Assembly: GCA_047975285.1 (NCBI GenBank)
Contig: JBKEDG010000052.1
Location: forward strand, 1,415-65,414
DNA: 64,000 nucleotides
Direction of reading: 5' to 3'
DNA from: Bacilli bacterium
GTDB taxonomy: Bacteria > Bacillota_I > Bacilli_A > JBKEDG01
Position numbers and translations under genes: made by a program. How positions within the stretch are numbered: position 1 is the stretch's first letter; the number at the start of each line of letters is the position of its first letter. Of this stretch, positions 8,414 to 21,016 are shown piece after piece. Under the pieces are notes generated by a model that saw only the letters and a program-made list of their open reading frames with translations, was not told where the DNA came from and did not search any database.

Positions 8414-10054
8414 ATGAAAAAAAACAATAATTTAATAATAGGAATAATTATTGCAATTGCTTTGTTTATTTTTAATTATTTTGAATTAATAACAATTAAT
8501 CTTAGATATGATGGGTTTAGAACTATTGTAATGTTTGCAATATTTTTAATATTGCTTATAAGATATTTAAAAAAACATGGACTAGGTACATTAAGTGGTG
8601 GTTTTCAAAGTACAAATATTCCTACAAGAACAATGATGAATTTAAAATCTTGGAAAATATTTAGAATTTTTATAATTGTAATATTACTGAACTCTTTGAT
8701 AGCATTTTTAAGTGGTCCAGTCTTTTTTGCGTCTAGTTATGCAAAATTGATTGGAGATATAGAGACAAAAGAGTTTTCTAGCGATTTTAGTACTCCTAAG
8801 CTTGATTCATTACCTATTGTTGATACAAAATATGCAAAACTATTGGGCGATAAAAAACTAGGGTCAACATCTGGACTTGGAAGTGAGTTTCATGTGGGTG
8901 AATATACGGATATTGTGTATAATGATGAATTCTACATTGCAGCTCCTTTAGAGTATAATGGATTTTTTAAGTGGTTTAATAATAGAAAAAGTGGAACACC
9001 TGGATATATTTTAATTAATAAATCAACATCTAAAGTTGAACTTGTGACCGCTTTAAATGGTAAAGATATTAGTTTAAAGTATGTTGATAGTGCTTATTTA
9101 AATACTGACTTACATAGAAAAGCTTATTTTGGTGGGGGATGGAATAATGAAATAACTAAGCCATTTTTTGAACTTGATGAAGAGGGAATGCCATATTTTG
9201 TTTATCCAAAAACGAAAAAAACTATCGGTATAAGCGGTGGAGATGATGTATATCAAACTGTTGTTGTTAATGCTGTAAATGGAGAAGTGAATGTTTATAA
9301 TCTTGGAGAACAACCAAAGTGGGTGGATAATGTTTATTCATCAAATTTAATTTCACAACAATTAAATTATTATGGTAAGTATCAAAATGGATTTATAAAC
9401 TCAATTCTTGGGCAAAAAGGTTTATTAAGAACTACAGATGGTAATAGACATATTTATAATAAAGATGATCTTGCAGTTTATACAGGAATGACTAGTATTG
9501 GAACTGATGAATCTACAGTTGGAATGGCATTTGTAGATGTTACTAATAAAAATGCGAAAATGTATTCCTTAACTGGTGCTACAGAAGATGCTGCAAAAAA
9601 GTCTGCAGAAGGTAAAGTGCAAAATTTAGGTTACACTGCTTCTTTTCCAATACCTATTAATATTAATGGTGAAGGCGCATATTTTATTACCTTAAAAGAT
9701 GCGGAAGGATTAATTAAACAGTATGCTTTTGTAAATGTCAATGATTATTCTATTGTTGAAAATGCTGTTACAATTACCGAAGCATATAGTAACTATGTAG
9801 ATAAAATGGGCTATGATAATGTTGAAAATACTGATTCAATTGCTGAACTGGATGCAGAAGTTGTTAGAATTAATGACGAAATTGTCAATGGAGATAGTGT
9901 ATACGTTCTGTTAGTTAAAATAGATGGTGAAAATCATTTATATACATGGAAAAAACCTAATAGTGAAATGGTTTTAACAAATGTAGGTGATAAAGTTAAA
10001 ATAAAAGTCAATGAAGATAAGATAATTAGCTTTGATAATTTAGAAATTGAATAA
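8414..10054 (+). CDS. Hypothetical membrane protein (N-terminal TM helices plus large extracytoplasmic domain)
   Basis: AAGAGGTGAG SD before ATG 8414 (MKKNNNLIIG..); 3-4 N-terminal hydrophobic helices then about 430 aa polar, beta-rich domain; no family recognised. Confidence 0.55.
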   Translation: MKKNNNLIIGIIIAIALFIFNYFELITINLRYDGFRTIVMFAIFLILLIRYLKKHGLGTLSGGFQSTNIPTRTMMNLKSWKIFRIFIIVILLNSLIAFLSGPVFFASSYAKLIGDIETKEFSSDFSTPKLDSLPIVDTKYAKLLGDKKLGSTSGLGSEFHVGEYTDIVYNDEFYIAAPLEYNGFFKWFNNRKSGTPGYILINKSTSKVELVTALNGKDISLKYVDSAYLNTDLHRKAYFGGGWNNEITKPFFELDEEGMPYFVYPKTKKTIGISGGDDVYQTVVVNAVNGEVNVYNLGEQPKWVDNVYSSNLISQQLNYYGKYQNGFINSILGQKGLLRTTDGNRHIYNKDDLAVYTGMTSIGTDESTVGMAFVDVTNKNAKMYSLTGATEDAAKKSAEGKVQNLGYTASFPIPININGEGAYFITLKDAEGLIKQYAFVNVNDYSIVENAVTITEAYSNYVDKMGYDNVENTDSIAELDAEVVRINDEIVNGDSVYVLLVKIDGENHLYTWKKPNSEMVLTNVGDKVKIKVNEDKIISFDNLEIE

Positions 10055-10087
10055 TAAAAATGTAATCATTTAAAATGATTACATTTT
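10055..10087. terminator. Bidirectional perfect-palindrome terminator
   Basis: AAATGTAATCATTTTAAATGATTACATTTTTT between convergent genes. Confidence 0.6.
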
Positions 10088-10672
10088 TTATAAACTTTTA
10101 AGTGCAAATAATATTTCTTCCCAATTATGTCCTTTTCGATAGATTTCTAAAGTATCGATATTTATAACTGTAGAGGCTGTTTTTGAAAGTTGTTGATCAT
10201 TTTCAACGTATAAATCAACACCATTACCAAATATTTGATTTGCTGTTTTAATATCATAGGTTTCACTTTGACCACTTATGTTAGCACTACTTAAAACTAA
10301 TGGACCCGTTTCTTTTAATGCATCTAATAGTGAGGGATGGTTTGGAATTCTAACACCGGTTGTTATATAGCCTTTGTTTATTGAATATTTGGAATTTTTT
10401 GTCTTTCCAACAATAGTTATATCACCAGGTAAAAGTTTATTTAATACGCTGTAGTATTTTAGAGGAATTTCTATAATTTTGCACATAGTTTCAAAATTGT
10501 GACACACTATTGCTAATGGTTTTAACTTGCGTTTTTTTAACTCGATTATTTTTTTATAACTTTTTATATTGCAACCAACCCCATAAATTGTATCGGTAGG
10601 AATAACAATTATTTTATTGTTATTAGTATAAGATTTTATTAAATTAATATCTTTAATGTTACATTTATTCAT
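10088..10672 (-). CDS. tsaC: L-threonylcarbamoyladenylate synthase (YrdC/Sua5 family, YrdC-only form)
   Basis: IIVIPTDTIYGVGCN N-terminal YrdC motif, GVRIPNHPSLLDALKETGPLVLSSANISGQ; 194 aa. Confidence 0.75.
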   Translation of the reverse strand: MNKCNIKDINLIKSYTNNNKIIVIPTDTIYGVGCNIKSYKKIIELKKRKLKPLAIVCHNFETMCKIIEIPLKYYSVLNKLLPGDITIVGKTKNSKYSINKGYITTGVRIPNHPSLLDALKETGPLVLSSANISGQSETYDIKTANQIFGNGVDLYVENDQQLSKTASTVINIDTLEIYRKGHNWEEILFALKSL

Positions 10673-10807
10673 ATCTTCCCTCCTTTTTATTTATTATATC
10701 ATAAATATTCATTTTATATAATTTGATTTATTCAGAATAAGTAAATATATAAAAAATATAGAAATTTAATTATTATAATGGTATAATTTATTTAGGAGTG
10801 TGATTAT

Positions 10808-11257
10808 ATGAGAATTGCGATAGGTAGTGATCATGGTGGTTTTGAATTAAAAACTTTGATTAAAGAATTTTTAATTGATGAAGGCTATGAGGTATTTGAC
10901 TTTGGTTGCAAAACAAAAGATTCTGTTGACTATCCAAATTATGGTTTTGCTGTAGGAGAAGCTGTTGCTTCAAAGGAGTATGATCGTGGGATTGTTATAT
11001 GTGGTTCTGGGATTGGTATTAGCATTGCGGCAAATAAAGTAAAAGGAATTAGATGCGCACTTGTTAATGATGTATATGTGGCAAAAATGACAAGAATGCA
11101 TAATGATTCAAACGTTTTAGCAATGGGAGGAAGAATAATAGGAGCTGGCTTAGCAAAAGAGATTGTTAAAGTTTGGATTACGACAGACTATGATGGCGGA
11201 AGACATGATAAAAGATTAGAAATTATTAATGATTATGAAAAGAAGGGAGATAAATAA
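10808..11257 (+). CDS. rpiB: Ribose-5-phosphate isomerase B
   Basis: MRIAIGSDHGGFELK..., ICGSGIGISIAANKVKGIRCAL RpiB/LacAB signature; AGGAGTG SD; TGgTATAAT extended -10 upstream. Confidence 0.9.
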   Translation: MRIAIGSDHGGFELKTLIKEFLIDEGYEVFDFGCKTKDSVDYPNYGFAVGEAVASKEYDRGIVICGSGIGISIAANKVKGIRCALVNDVYVAKMTRMHNDSNVLAMGGRIIGAGLAKEIVKVWITTDYDGGRHDKRLEIINDYEKKGDK

Positions 11258-11278
11258 CATTAGTTATTTAACATGTGA

Positions 11279-11905
11279 ATGGGAAATTTAGTTATTTTTG
11301 ATCATCCACTAATTAGCCATAAATTGACTTATATTAGAGATGAGAATACGAAACATTTTGAGTTTAAAAGAGCTATTGATGAAGTTACGTTGCTTATGGC
11401 CTACGAAGTAACTAGAGATTTACCACTTAGAGAAAAAGTGATTAATACACCACTTGAAAAAATGACGGCTCATGTTCTTGAAAAAAAAGTTGTTATTGTT
11501 CCTATAATGAGAGCAGGACTTGGGATGACTGATGGGATATTATCACTAATTCCTACTGCAAGAGTAGGACATGTAGGGTTATATAGAGATGAAACAACTT
11601 TAAAGCCAATGGAATATTATAAAAAATTTCCAAAAGAAATATCTGATAGTACAGTTTTTATAGTTGATCCTATGTTAGCAACTGGTGGTAGTGTTATTGC
11701 TACAATTGATATTGTGAAAGCAACAGGTGCAACTGACATTAGATACATTGGTATTGTTGGTTCACCAGAAGGGGTTAATGCGTTACAAAAGGCACATGAA
11801 GATGTTGATATCTATTTAGCAGCACTTGATAGAAATTTAAATGAGAATGGATATATTGTACCTGGACTTGGAGATTGTGGAGATAGAATTTTTGGAACAA
11901 AGTAA
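11279..11905 (+). CDS. upp: Uracil phosphoribosyltransferase
   Basis: [21 protein letters not shown]-binding [30 protein letters not shown]-terminus; conserved position directly upstream of the atp operon. Confidence 0.9.
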   Translation: MGNLVIFDHPLISHKLTYIRDENTKHFEFKRAIDEVTLLMAYEVTRDLPLREKVINTPLEKMTAHVLEKKVVIVPIMRAGLGMTDGILSLIPTARVGHVGLYRDETTLKPMEYYKKFPKEISDSTVFIVDPMLATGGSVIATIDIVKATGATDIRYIGIVGSPEGVNALQKAHEDVDIYLAALDRNLNENGYIVPGLGDCGDRIFGTK

Positions 11906-11927
11906 TGGATATAAGTCGTTGAAATAT

Positions 11928-12098
11928 ATGTCAATCCCTACAATATTTATTAGTAATCTTGCTATATATATAATTATAGGGTTGTGGATTGATAAAAAAT
12001 TTGATATTGGTAATTATTTAGTGTTATTTATAATTTTTGGATTACTAATGTCATGCTATTCTACTTATAAATTATTGAGAAGTCTTGATGAAAATTAG
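11928..12098 (+). CDS. Small hydrophobic protein upstream of the atp operon (AtpZ/AtpI-like candidate)
   Basis: 57-aa ORF from ATG 11928 (MSIPTIFISNLAIYIIIGLWI..), two predicted TM helices; the 11841 upstream extension would overlap upp and is discounted. Confidence 0.35.
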   Translation: MSIPTIFISNLAIYIIIGLWIDKKFDIGNYLVLFIIFGLLMSCYSTYKLLRSLDEN

Positions 12099-12498
12099 AT
12101 TAGATTTATTTAATTATCCAAAACAATCGTATATAATCTATCAAATCATTTTATTTGGTCTCGGATTCACAGTTATAACTATAATAAACGTATTTACAAT
12201 CATGAATTATTTTGTATTTATTGTAGGATATTTTAGAGGATGGTTAGTTATATCTATAGGTTTTTATATCATTGTTTATAGTTCAGACAAAATTTTATTT
12301 GTTTCTAAAAATGAAGCTCATGCAAAATCAATATCACTATTATTTTTTATAATCAGGTATTTTATATATAGTTTTATATGTGTTTTATCAATTCGTTTAT
12401 TTAATGCAAATATTATTACAATGTTTCTAGGGTTATTATCATTAAAAATAATAATATTTGTTGATAATTTTTTACAAAAGAATGGGGGTGAAATATAA
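12088..12498 (+). CDS. atpI: ATP synthase protein I-like multi-TM protein
   Basis: 4 predicted TM helices, immediately 5' of atpB; position analogous to atpI. Confidence 0.45.
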   Translation: MKIRLDLFNYPKQSYIIYQIILFGLGFTVITIINVFTIMNYFVFIVGYFRGWLVISIGFYIIVYSSDKILFVSKNEAHAKSISLLFFIIRYFIYSFICVLSIRLFNANIITMFLGLLSLKIIIFVDNFLQKNGGEI

Positions 12499-13193
12499 TG
12501 TTAATGAAAATTATTTTAACTGAAGTGAGTAAGCCTGTGGGCATTTCACTTGAGTTTGCTAACAAGGAATACTTTATTCATCCAGGTATATTTTATAGTT
12601 ATGTGATTGCACTCTTTATCTGTTTGTTTTGCATACTTGTTGCTTATAAAGTAAAAAGGGCAGATCCAAGTAAACGACCCAAAGGTTTGGTATTCTTTGC
12701 AGAATACTTTGTAACTTCAATAAATAATTTTACAAAACAAAATTTAAGTGAAGGAAGAAGGTCACTTGCACCATATCTTGGAATGTTAGCTATGTACCTA
12801 CTTATATCCAATTTAAGTGGTTTGCTATCATTTGTGCCACCAACTTCGGATTTTAATGTAACTTTAACATTAGCGTTAATTACAATTGTAATGGCACAGA
12901 TTTATGGAATAAAAGTAGATGGAGTTAAAAATTATTTCAGGTCATTTACAGAACCATATGTGTTCTTGTTACCAAATAATCTTTTGGACTTGATAACTAC
13001 GCCATTGTCAATGGCACTGCGTTTATTTGGTAATGTTTTAGCAGGCGCAATCATTATGTCACTTGTGTATAATGCATTAGGATTTATTTCAGTATTAGTG
13101 GCACCTGTCTTTCACGCATATTTTGACGTGTTTGCGGGCGGAATACAAACGTTTGTATTCGTATTATTAACAGCGGTAACAGTAGAAAAATAA
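12498..13193 (+). CDS. atpB: F0F1 ATP synthase subunit a
   Basis: LALRLFGNVLAGAIIM arginine-containing motif, 5-6 TM helices. Confidence 0.85.
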   Translation: MLMKIILTEVSKPVGISLEFANKEYFIHPGIFYSYVIALFICLFCILVAYKVKRADPSKRPKGLVFFAEYFVTSINNFTKQNLSEGRRSLAPYLGMLAMYLLISNLSGLLSFVPPTSDFNVTLTLALITIVMAQIYGIKVDGVKNYFRSFTEPYVFLLPNNLLDLITTPLSMALRLFGNVLAGAIIMSLVYNALGFISVLVAPVFHAYFDVFAGGIQTFVFVLLTAVTVEK

Positions 13194-13205
13194 AGGAGGA
13201 AATAT

Positions 13206-13514
13206 ATGTTTGATTTAGTAAATTTTTTAGAACAGGCAGCAAATGTAACTTATTTAATTGATCCAAGAGCTTTCATCTTAGGGTGTACAGCAATTGGTGG
13301 TGGAATTGGAGTACTTGCAGGTATTGGTACTGGAGCAGGTCAAGGACACGCAGCAGCGGCGGCAATAACTTCGCTTACTCGTCAACCCGAAATGGAAAGT
13401 AAGATTCGTTCGACATTAATTTTTGGTAATGCAATGGCAGAAACTTCAGCAATTTATGGACTTTTAATTTCAGTATTATTAATCTTTACTAATTTTATAA
13501 TTAATAAATTCTAG
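13206..13514 (+). CDS. atpE: F0F1 ATP synthase subunit c
   Basis: Gly/Ala-rich hairpin GIGVLAGIGTGAGQG ... carboxylate helix FGNAMAETSAIYGL. Confidence 0.9.
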   Translation: MFDLVNFLEQAANVTYLIDPRAFILGCTAIGGGIGVLAGIGTGAGQGHAAAAAITSLTRQPEMESKIRSTLIFGNAMAETSAIYGLLISVLLIFTNFIINKF

Positions 13515-13542
13515 ACATTAGATTAAGAAAGAGGGTGTTTGA

Positions 13543-14034
13543 ATGCCTGATGTTTATATAATTCCTGATCCACTACAAATGGTATTGCAACTAATTGCAA
13601 CATTTATTATGTTTTTAGCTGTTAAAAAGTTTTTGTGGGGATCAGTTACGAAATTTATTGAAGATAAGAAAGAACTTTCTGTTGCAGATATAAACGAAGC
13701 TAAGCAAAAAAATGAGGAAGCACAGAAATTACTTGATTCTGCTCATAAAACAGTAAGTAATGCAAGGCAAAAAGCGAATGATATTGTTAGTCAATCCAAA
13801 AAAAGTGCTGATGCAGTACATAAAAGAATTATTAGTGATGCGCAAAAAGAAGTTGTATATTTGAAAAATAATGCAAAAGAAAGTATTGAACAAGAAAAAT
13901 TGCAATTTTATGATGGTTTAAAAAAAGAGGTTGTTGATTTGACAATGGTTGCAACTTCTAAGATTATTGAATCAGAAATAAGTGAAAGCAAACAAAAATC
14001 AATTGTTGATTCTGTAATAGATGGTGTATCATAA
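13543..14034 (+). CDS. atpF: F0F1 ATP synthase subunit b
   Basis: Single N-terminal TM then long charged coiled-coil; operon position. Confidence 0.8.
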   Translation: MPDVYIIPDPLQMVLQLIATFIMFLAVKKFLWGSVTKFIEDKKELSVADINEAKQKNEEAQKLLDSAHKTVSNARQKANDIVSQSKKSADAVHKRIISDAQKEVVYLKNNAKESIEQEKLQFYDGLKKEVVDLTMVATSKIIESEISESKQKSIVDSVIDGVS

Positions 14035-14573
14035 TGAGTGTAATTAGTAGCAGATATAGTGAAGCTTTGTTTGATCTTGCTTGTGAAGAAAAATGTATTG
14101 AAGATATATACGAATCGTATAAAGTAATTACTTCTATTTTTAGATTACAAAGTGATTTAATAGACGTATTATCTCATCCTGAAATAGTTTTAGAAGATAA
14201 AATAAATATTGTAAAGGATGCTTTTTTAAATACAAATAAGAATTTATTAAATTTTATTTGTGTTCTTATTGAAAAAAGGCGATTAAAAGAAGTCTACAAT
14301 ATTTTTGATGATTTTGAAATGATTTATAATGCACATTTTAATATTTCAGTTGCAAAAGTATATACAGTTGAAAAATTGAGTGATAGTCAAGTTTTAAGTT
14401 TGAAAAGTAAATTGGGGCTTAAATTAAATAAAGAAATTCATATTGATAATGTAATTGATAAGAGTTTGATAGGTGGGATGAAAATAGTGATTGATAATCA
14501 TGTTATGGATCATTCTATTAAAACAAAAATCAGTGAATTATCAAATGAGTTACATAAAATACAAATAAGATGA
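14034..14573 (+). CDS. atpH: F0F1 ATP synthase subunit delta
   Basis: SRYSEALFDLA OSCP N-terminus, ATGA overlap with atpF, operon position. Confidence 0.8.
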   Translation: MSVISSRYSEALFDLACEEKCIEDIYESYKVITSIFRLQSDLIDVLSHPEIVLEDKINIVKDAFLNTNKNLLNFICVLIEKRRLKEVYNIFDDFEMIYNAHFNISVAKVYTVEKLSDSQVLSLKSKLGLKLNKEIHIDNVIDKSLIGGMKIVIDNHVMDHSIKTKISELSNELHKIQIR

Positions 14574-14583
14574 TTGGGGTTGA

Positions 14584-16104
<1,521 letters not shown>

Positions 16105-16117
16105 GGAGGGGTAATAT

Positions 16118-16936
16118 ATGCCATCCTTATTAGATACAAATAATCGTATAAAATCGGTTGAATCAACGCTTAAAATTACAAGTGCAATGAAACTTGTAGC
16201 TACTGCTAAACTTAGGGGAGCAAGAATTGCGTATGAAGAAAGTAAAGAATATGCTGATGGAATTAATAAAGTAATTAGCTCTGTTAAGCAATGTTTAGAT
16301 GCTGAATTTTATATAAAAAAAAGAACTAGTGGCAAAGATTTATATGTTGTAATTGGAAGTGAAATTGGGCTTTGTGGTGGATATAATACTAACATGTTTA
16401 AATTATTTGAGGATAAAACAGACTGCTTATTTGTAACATTAGGGAAAAAAGCAGTTTCATATTTTGAACATCGTAGTCAATATGAAGTTATTTATTCTAA
16501 AATTGATATTTCTGATCATCCTAGTTTACATAAAACAAAAGAACTTGGGAATCTCTTGTTAAAAATGTATGATAATATGGAATTAAAATCATTGAATATA
16601 GTCTATACTAAATATGTTAATTCCGTTACGTTTGAGCCAAGTATTATGAAAGTGTTCCCACTTGATAAAAATGAAGAAAACAGGATTATTGATTTTGAGC
16701 CAAGTAGTTCTCAAATTTTAAAAGTAGGATTACCAAGATATGTAGATGCATTAATTTATGTTTCAATGAAGGAGTCTCTTGTAAGTGAATACGCAAGCAG
16801 AAGACTTGCAATGGAAAATGCTACAGATAATGCTAGTGAATTGATTGACAATCTACTTATAGCAAGAAATCGTGCTAGACAATCTGCAATTACTCAAGAA
16901 ATTTCTGAGATTGTTGCTGGAGCCGAAGCTTTATAA
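16118..16936 (+). CDS. atpG: F0F1 ATP synthase subunit gamma
   Basis: IKSVESTLKITSAMKLVATAKL N-terminus, TAAGGAGGGG SD. Confidence 0.9.
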   Translation: MPSLLDTNNRIKSVESTLKITSAMKLVATAKLRGARIAYEESKEYADGINKVISSVKQCLDAEFYIKKRTSGKDLYVVIGSEIGLCGGYNTNMFKLFEDKTDCLFVTLGKKAVSYFEHRSQYEVIYSKIDISDHPSLHKTKELGNLLLKMYDNMELKSLNIVYTKYVNSVTFEPSIMKVFPLDKNEENRIIDFEPSSSQILKVGLPRYVDALIYVSMKESLVSEYASRRLAMENATDNASELIDNLLIARNRARQSAITQEISEIVAGAEAL

Positions 16937-16951
16937 GGAGGATTTTTATAA

Positions 16952-18343
<1,392 letters not shown>

Positions 18344-18352
18344 GGTGAGTTT

Positions 18353-18691
18353 ATGAATTTAAAAGTTGTTACTCCATATAAAACAATGGTTAATATTAAA
18401 GCTAGTGAGATTATGCTTGGAGGTTGTGAAGGTCATTTTACTATTTTCGAAGATCACGCAACATTTGTTTCAAGATTAAAAATATCAACTGGTTATTATG
18501 TAAGTGATGACGGATTACATGCTTTTTCAATTAAAGGTGGATTTAGTTCTGTAGATGATAATGAAGTAGTTGTAATTACATCAAAATATGTTGATGAAGT
18601 AATTAAGAAAAAACAAGAAGTAGTTGATAAGACAATTGAATTTTCAAAAATGACTAGAGAAGAAGTAGGTATGTACTTTGAAAGTGTTTAG
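18353..18691 (+). CDS. atpC: F0F1 ATP synthase subunit epsilon
   Basis: Size, beta-sandwich N-terminus, operon position. Confidence 0.85.
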   Translation: MNLKVVTPYKTMVNIKASEIMLGGCEGHFTIFEDHATFVSRLKISTGYYVSDDGLHAFSIKGGFSSVDDNEVVVITSKYVDEVIKKKQEVVDKTIEFSKMTREEVGMYFESV

Positions 18692-18887
18692 TTTTATAGA
18701 TGTTATAACATTTATTGTTATAACATCTATGGTACTTTATTCATTAGATAGTGTGGAATTTAAAAGAATTTTAAAGACTTCTAAACCTAGACAAGCATTC
18801 TTATTTTATATGATAATTTCATTTAGTTTAAGTAGTTTAGTTTTTACTTTTTATTTGTATTTTAAGCAGTTAATGTTTAATTTTTAG
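18678..18887 (+). CDS. Small hydrophobic hypothetical protein after atpC
   Basis: 69-aa ORF with two predicted TM helices overlapping the atpC stop by 14 nt; no motif. Confidence 0.3.
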   Translation: MKVFSFIDVITFIVITSMVLYSLDSVEFKRILKTSKPRQAFLFYMIISFSLSSLVFTFYLYFKQLMFNF

Positions 18888-18897
18888 AGAGGTTATT

Positions 18898-19734
18898 ATG
18901 GTAAAATCCTTCAAAATTACAAATCAGATTAAGAAAATTATGGTTGATAGATATAAACTGTTTATGACTACACCACCTAATTACGCTTCACATGCTTTTA
19001 AATTAGCTACTTTTAATATAGTTATCTATGATAGTTTAAAAGTTGTGTTTAGTGGTGATTTTGGTGACGCTGAAGTAGATCAATGGATTATGAAAACAAC
19101 TTATTATGATACTAATATTATTGGTAGTGATGAAGTAGGAAATGGTGATTTTTTTGGTCCATTAGTCGTTTGTGCCTCATTTATAAGTGACGATAACTTA
19201 AAAGAGATAAAAAAATTAAATGTAATGGACTCTAAAAATTATGACGATAATAAAATAATTATTCTTGCTTCAAAACTAAAGAAAATTGTTAAGTATTCAA
19301 TTGTAGAGTGCAATAATAATAGATATAATGAACTATATAGCAAAGGGTATAATATAAAGTCCATATTGGCAATTATGCATAAAAAGGCAATTGATTCTCT
19401 AAATATTAAAACTAGAGTTGTAATTGACCAATTTGTCAACAAACAGACATTTGAAAAATATGTAAATACAAAAGTAAATTATATTTTTGAAACTAAGGGT
19501 GAAAGCAAGTACTTAGCAATTGCAGTATCATCAATCATTGCTAGAGATTGTTTTGTTAGAAGAATGAATATAATTGCAGATGAACTTGGTGTAGATAAAA
19601 TAAAGTATGGTGCAAGTAGAGAATGTGATTTACTTGCTAAATGCTTGCTAAATGAACATGGTAGTGATATACTTGAAATGTATATAAAAAAGAATTTTGT
19701 TAATTATAAAAAGATTATGGAGGAAGTATTATGA
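18898..19734 (+). CDS. rnhC: Ribonuclease HIII
   Basis: IGSDEVGNGDFFGPLVVCA RNase HII/HIII catalytic motif preceded by about 80-aa N-terminal domain; 278 aa. Confidence 0.7.
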   Translation: MVKSFKITNQIKKIMVDRYKLFMTTPPNYASHAFKLATFNIVIYDSLKVVFSGDFGDAEVDQWIMKTTYYDTNIIGSDEVGNGDFFGPLVVCASFISDDNLKEIKKLNVMDSKNYDDNKIIILASKLKKIVKYSIVECNNNRYNELYSKGYNIKSILAIMHKKAIDSLNIKTRVVIDQFVNKQTFEKYVNTKVNYIFETKGESKYLAIAVSSIIARDCFVRRMNIIADELGVDKIKYGASRECDLLAKCLLNEHGSDILEMYIKKNFVNYKKIMEEVL

Positions 19735-20228
19735 TTTGTAATGAAAAAGTTTTAGAAAGATTAAATGATCAAATGAATTTTGAATTTTATAGTGCACATA
19801 TTTATTTAGGAATGGCTAGTTATTGTTCAGAGTTGGGTCTTGACGGTTTTGAAAATTGGTTTAAAGTACAGTATCAAGAAGAGATTGTTCATGCTATGAA
19901 ATTTTATGATTTTATAAATACTAGAGGTGGAAGAGCAATAATTACTAACTTTGGAGACGTTAAAAATAATTATGACTCTATTATGGATGCATTAAAATCT
20001 GCTTTAAATCATGAAAAAGAAGTAACTGCTAGAATACATTCAATTGCTAAAATTGCACTAGAAAGTGCGGATTTAACATCATTTTCGTTCATTCAATGGT
20101 TTATTGATGAACAAGTTGAAGAAGAAGACAATGTTACTAAATTAATTACAGATGTAGAACGTGTTGGTGGACAAGGGCTTTATTTAATTGATAAAGAATT
20201 AGCGACTAGAGTTTTAGAAACGGTATAA
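19731..20228 (+). CDS. ftnA: Ferritin-like non-heme iron storage protein
   Basis: NDQMNFEFYSAHIYLGMASYC...EEIVHAMKFYDFI ferroxidase-centre pattern, 165 aa; ATGA overlap with rnhC. Confidence 0.8.
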   Translation: MICNEKVLERLNDQMNFEFYSAHIYLGMASYCSELGLDGFENWFKVQYQEEIVHAMKFYDFINTRGGRAIITNFGDVKNNYDSIMDALKSALNHEKEVTARIHSIAKIALESADLTSFSFIQWFIDEQVEEEDNVTKLITDVERVGGQGLYLIDKELATRVLETV

Positions 20229-20235
20229 TATTATA

Positions 20236-20262
20236 AAGGAATTTAAATATTGAATTCCTTTT
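20236..20262 (+). terminator. Intrinsic terminator after the ferritin gene
   Basis: AAGGAATT-TAAATATTG-AATTCCTT hairpin then TTTTTTT. Confidence 0.5.
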
Positions 20263-20328
20263 TTTATTATATATAGTAAATTAATTATGAATATGTTATA
20301 ATATATTCATAGTTTTTTGGAGGTAGTT

Positions 20329-21003
20329 ATGGTTTTTAATATATTTTTTTTTCTAGGTATAATTTTTTATATATTACGTAGTTATAAGAAAACTTCTAAA
20401 GTAGTTATGATAAATTTATGTAGTATAATTTTTGCTTTAATTTTAGCTGCATTTTTAAGTGATTATATTGCTATTATATTAGCAAATCATGCCAAGTTTT
20501 TGTCTTTAGAAACCACGATGAATGTATTATTGGGATCTGAATATATATATTATAATGTAATAGGTTTTCTTTTAGTATTTTTTATTTTGCAATTTATTTT
20601 AAATAAATTGTTTAACTTTATATTGAAAGATTTTGAAATAAATTTTAGTTTTAAGTTTGTTAATTGTTTTTTAGGATTTTTTGTAGGAATAGTTCAGATG
20701 GTAGCAATTTTATCGGTTGTATTAGCTACACCATTTTCACAAAAATATGCAAATAATTTATCTGATACTCTGTCGAATAGTTTAGGACTTGGAATAGTTA
20801 TGGATAGTGTTAGTTACGATTTTGATAATTTTGCAAAAATTCTTAAGGAAAATCCTAATTTGGAATCTAATGAAATTAATATAATTGTATTAGAAAAAAT
20901 GGTAAATGATAATTATACAACTAAGTATAAGTTAAAAAAAGTTTTACAAAATTCACATTGGTATGATGATGAAATAGAAACTTGGTTTAATGAAAAAAGT
21001 TAG
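20329..21003 (+). CDS. cvpA: CvpA-family membrane protein
   Basis: GGAGGT SD before ATG 20329; 4 TM helices then soluble C-terminus; conserved position upstream of mutS2 (B. subtilis yshB-like). Confidence 0.5.
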   Translation: MVFNIFFFLGIIFYILRSYKKTSKVVMINLCSIIFALILAAFLSDYIAIILANHAKFLSLETTMNVLLGSEYIYYNVIGFLLVFFILQFILNKLFNFILKDFEINFSFKFVNCFLGFFVGIVQMVAILSVVLATPFSQKYANNLSDTLSNSLGLGIVMDSVSYDFDNFAKILKENPNLESNEINIIVLEKMVNDNYTTKYKLKKVLQNSHWYDDEIETWFNEKS

Positions 21004-21016
21004 TGAGGAAATATAA

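Noticed and set aside
9110-9313. 67-aa antisense ORF inside the 8414-10054 gene
   Set aside because: Antisense and low complexity, without an RBS.
11841-11927. 5' extension of the small membrane ORF overlapping the upp 3' end
   Set aside because: The extension overlaps a well-supported gene in another frame and has no RBS, so the start is placed at ATG 11928.
13084-13266. 60-aa antisense ORF spanning the atpB/atpE junction
   Set aside because: It overlaps two highly conserved ATP synthase genes on the opposite strand.
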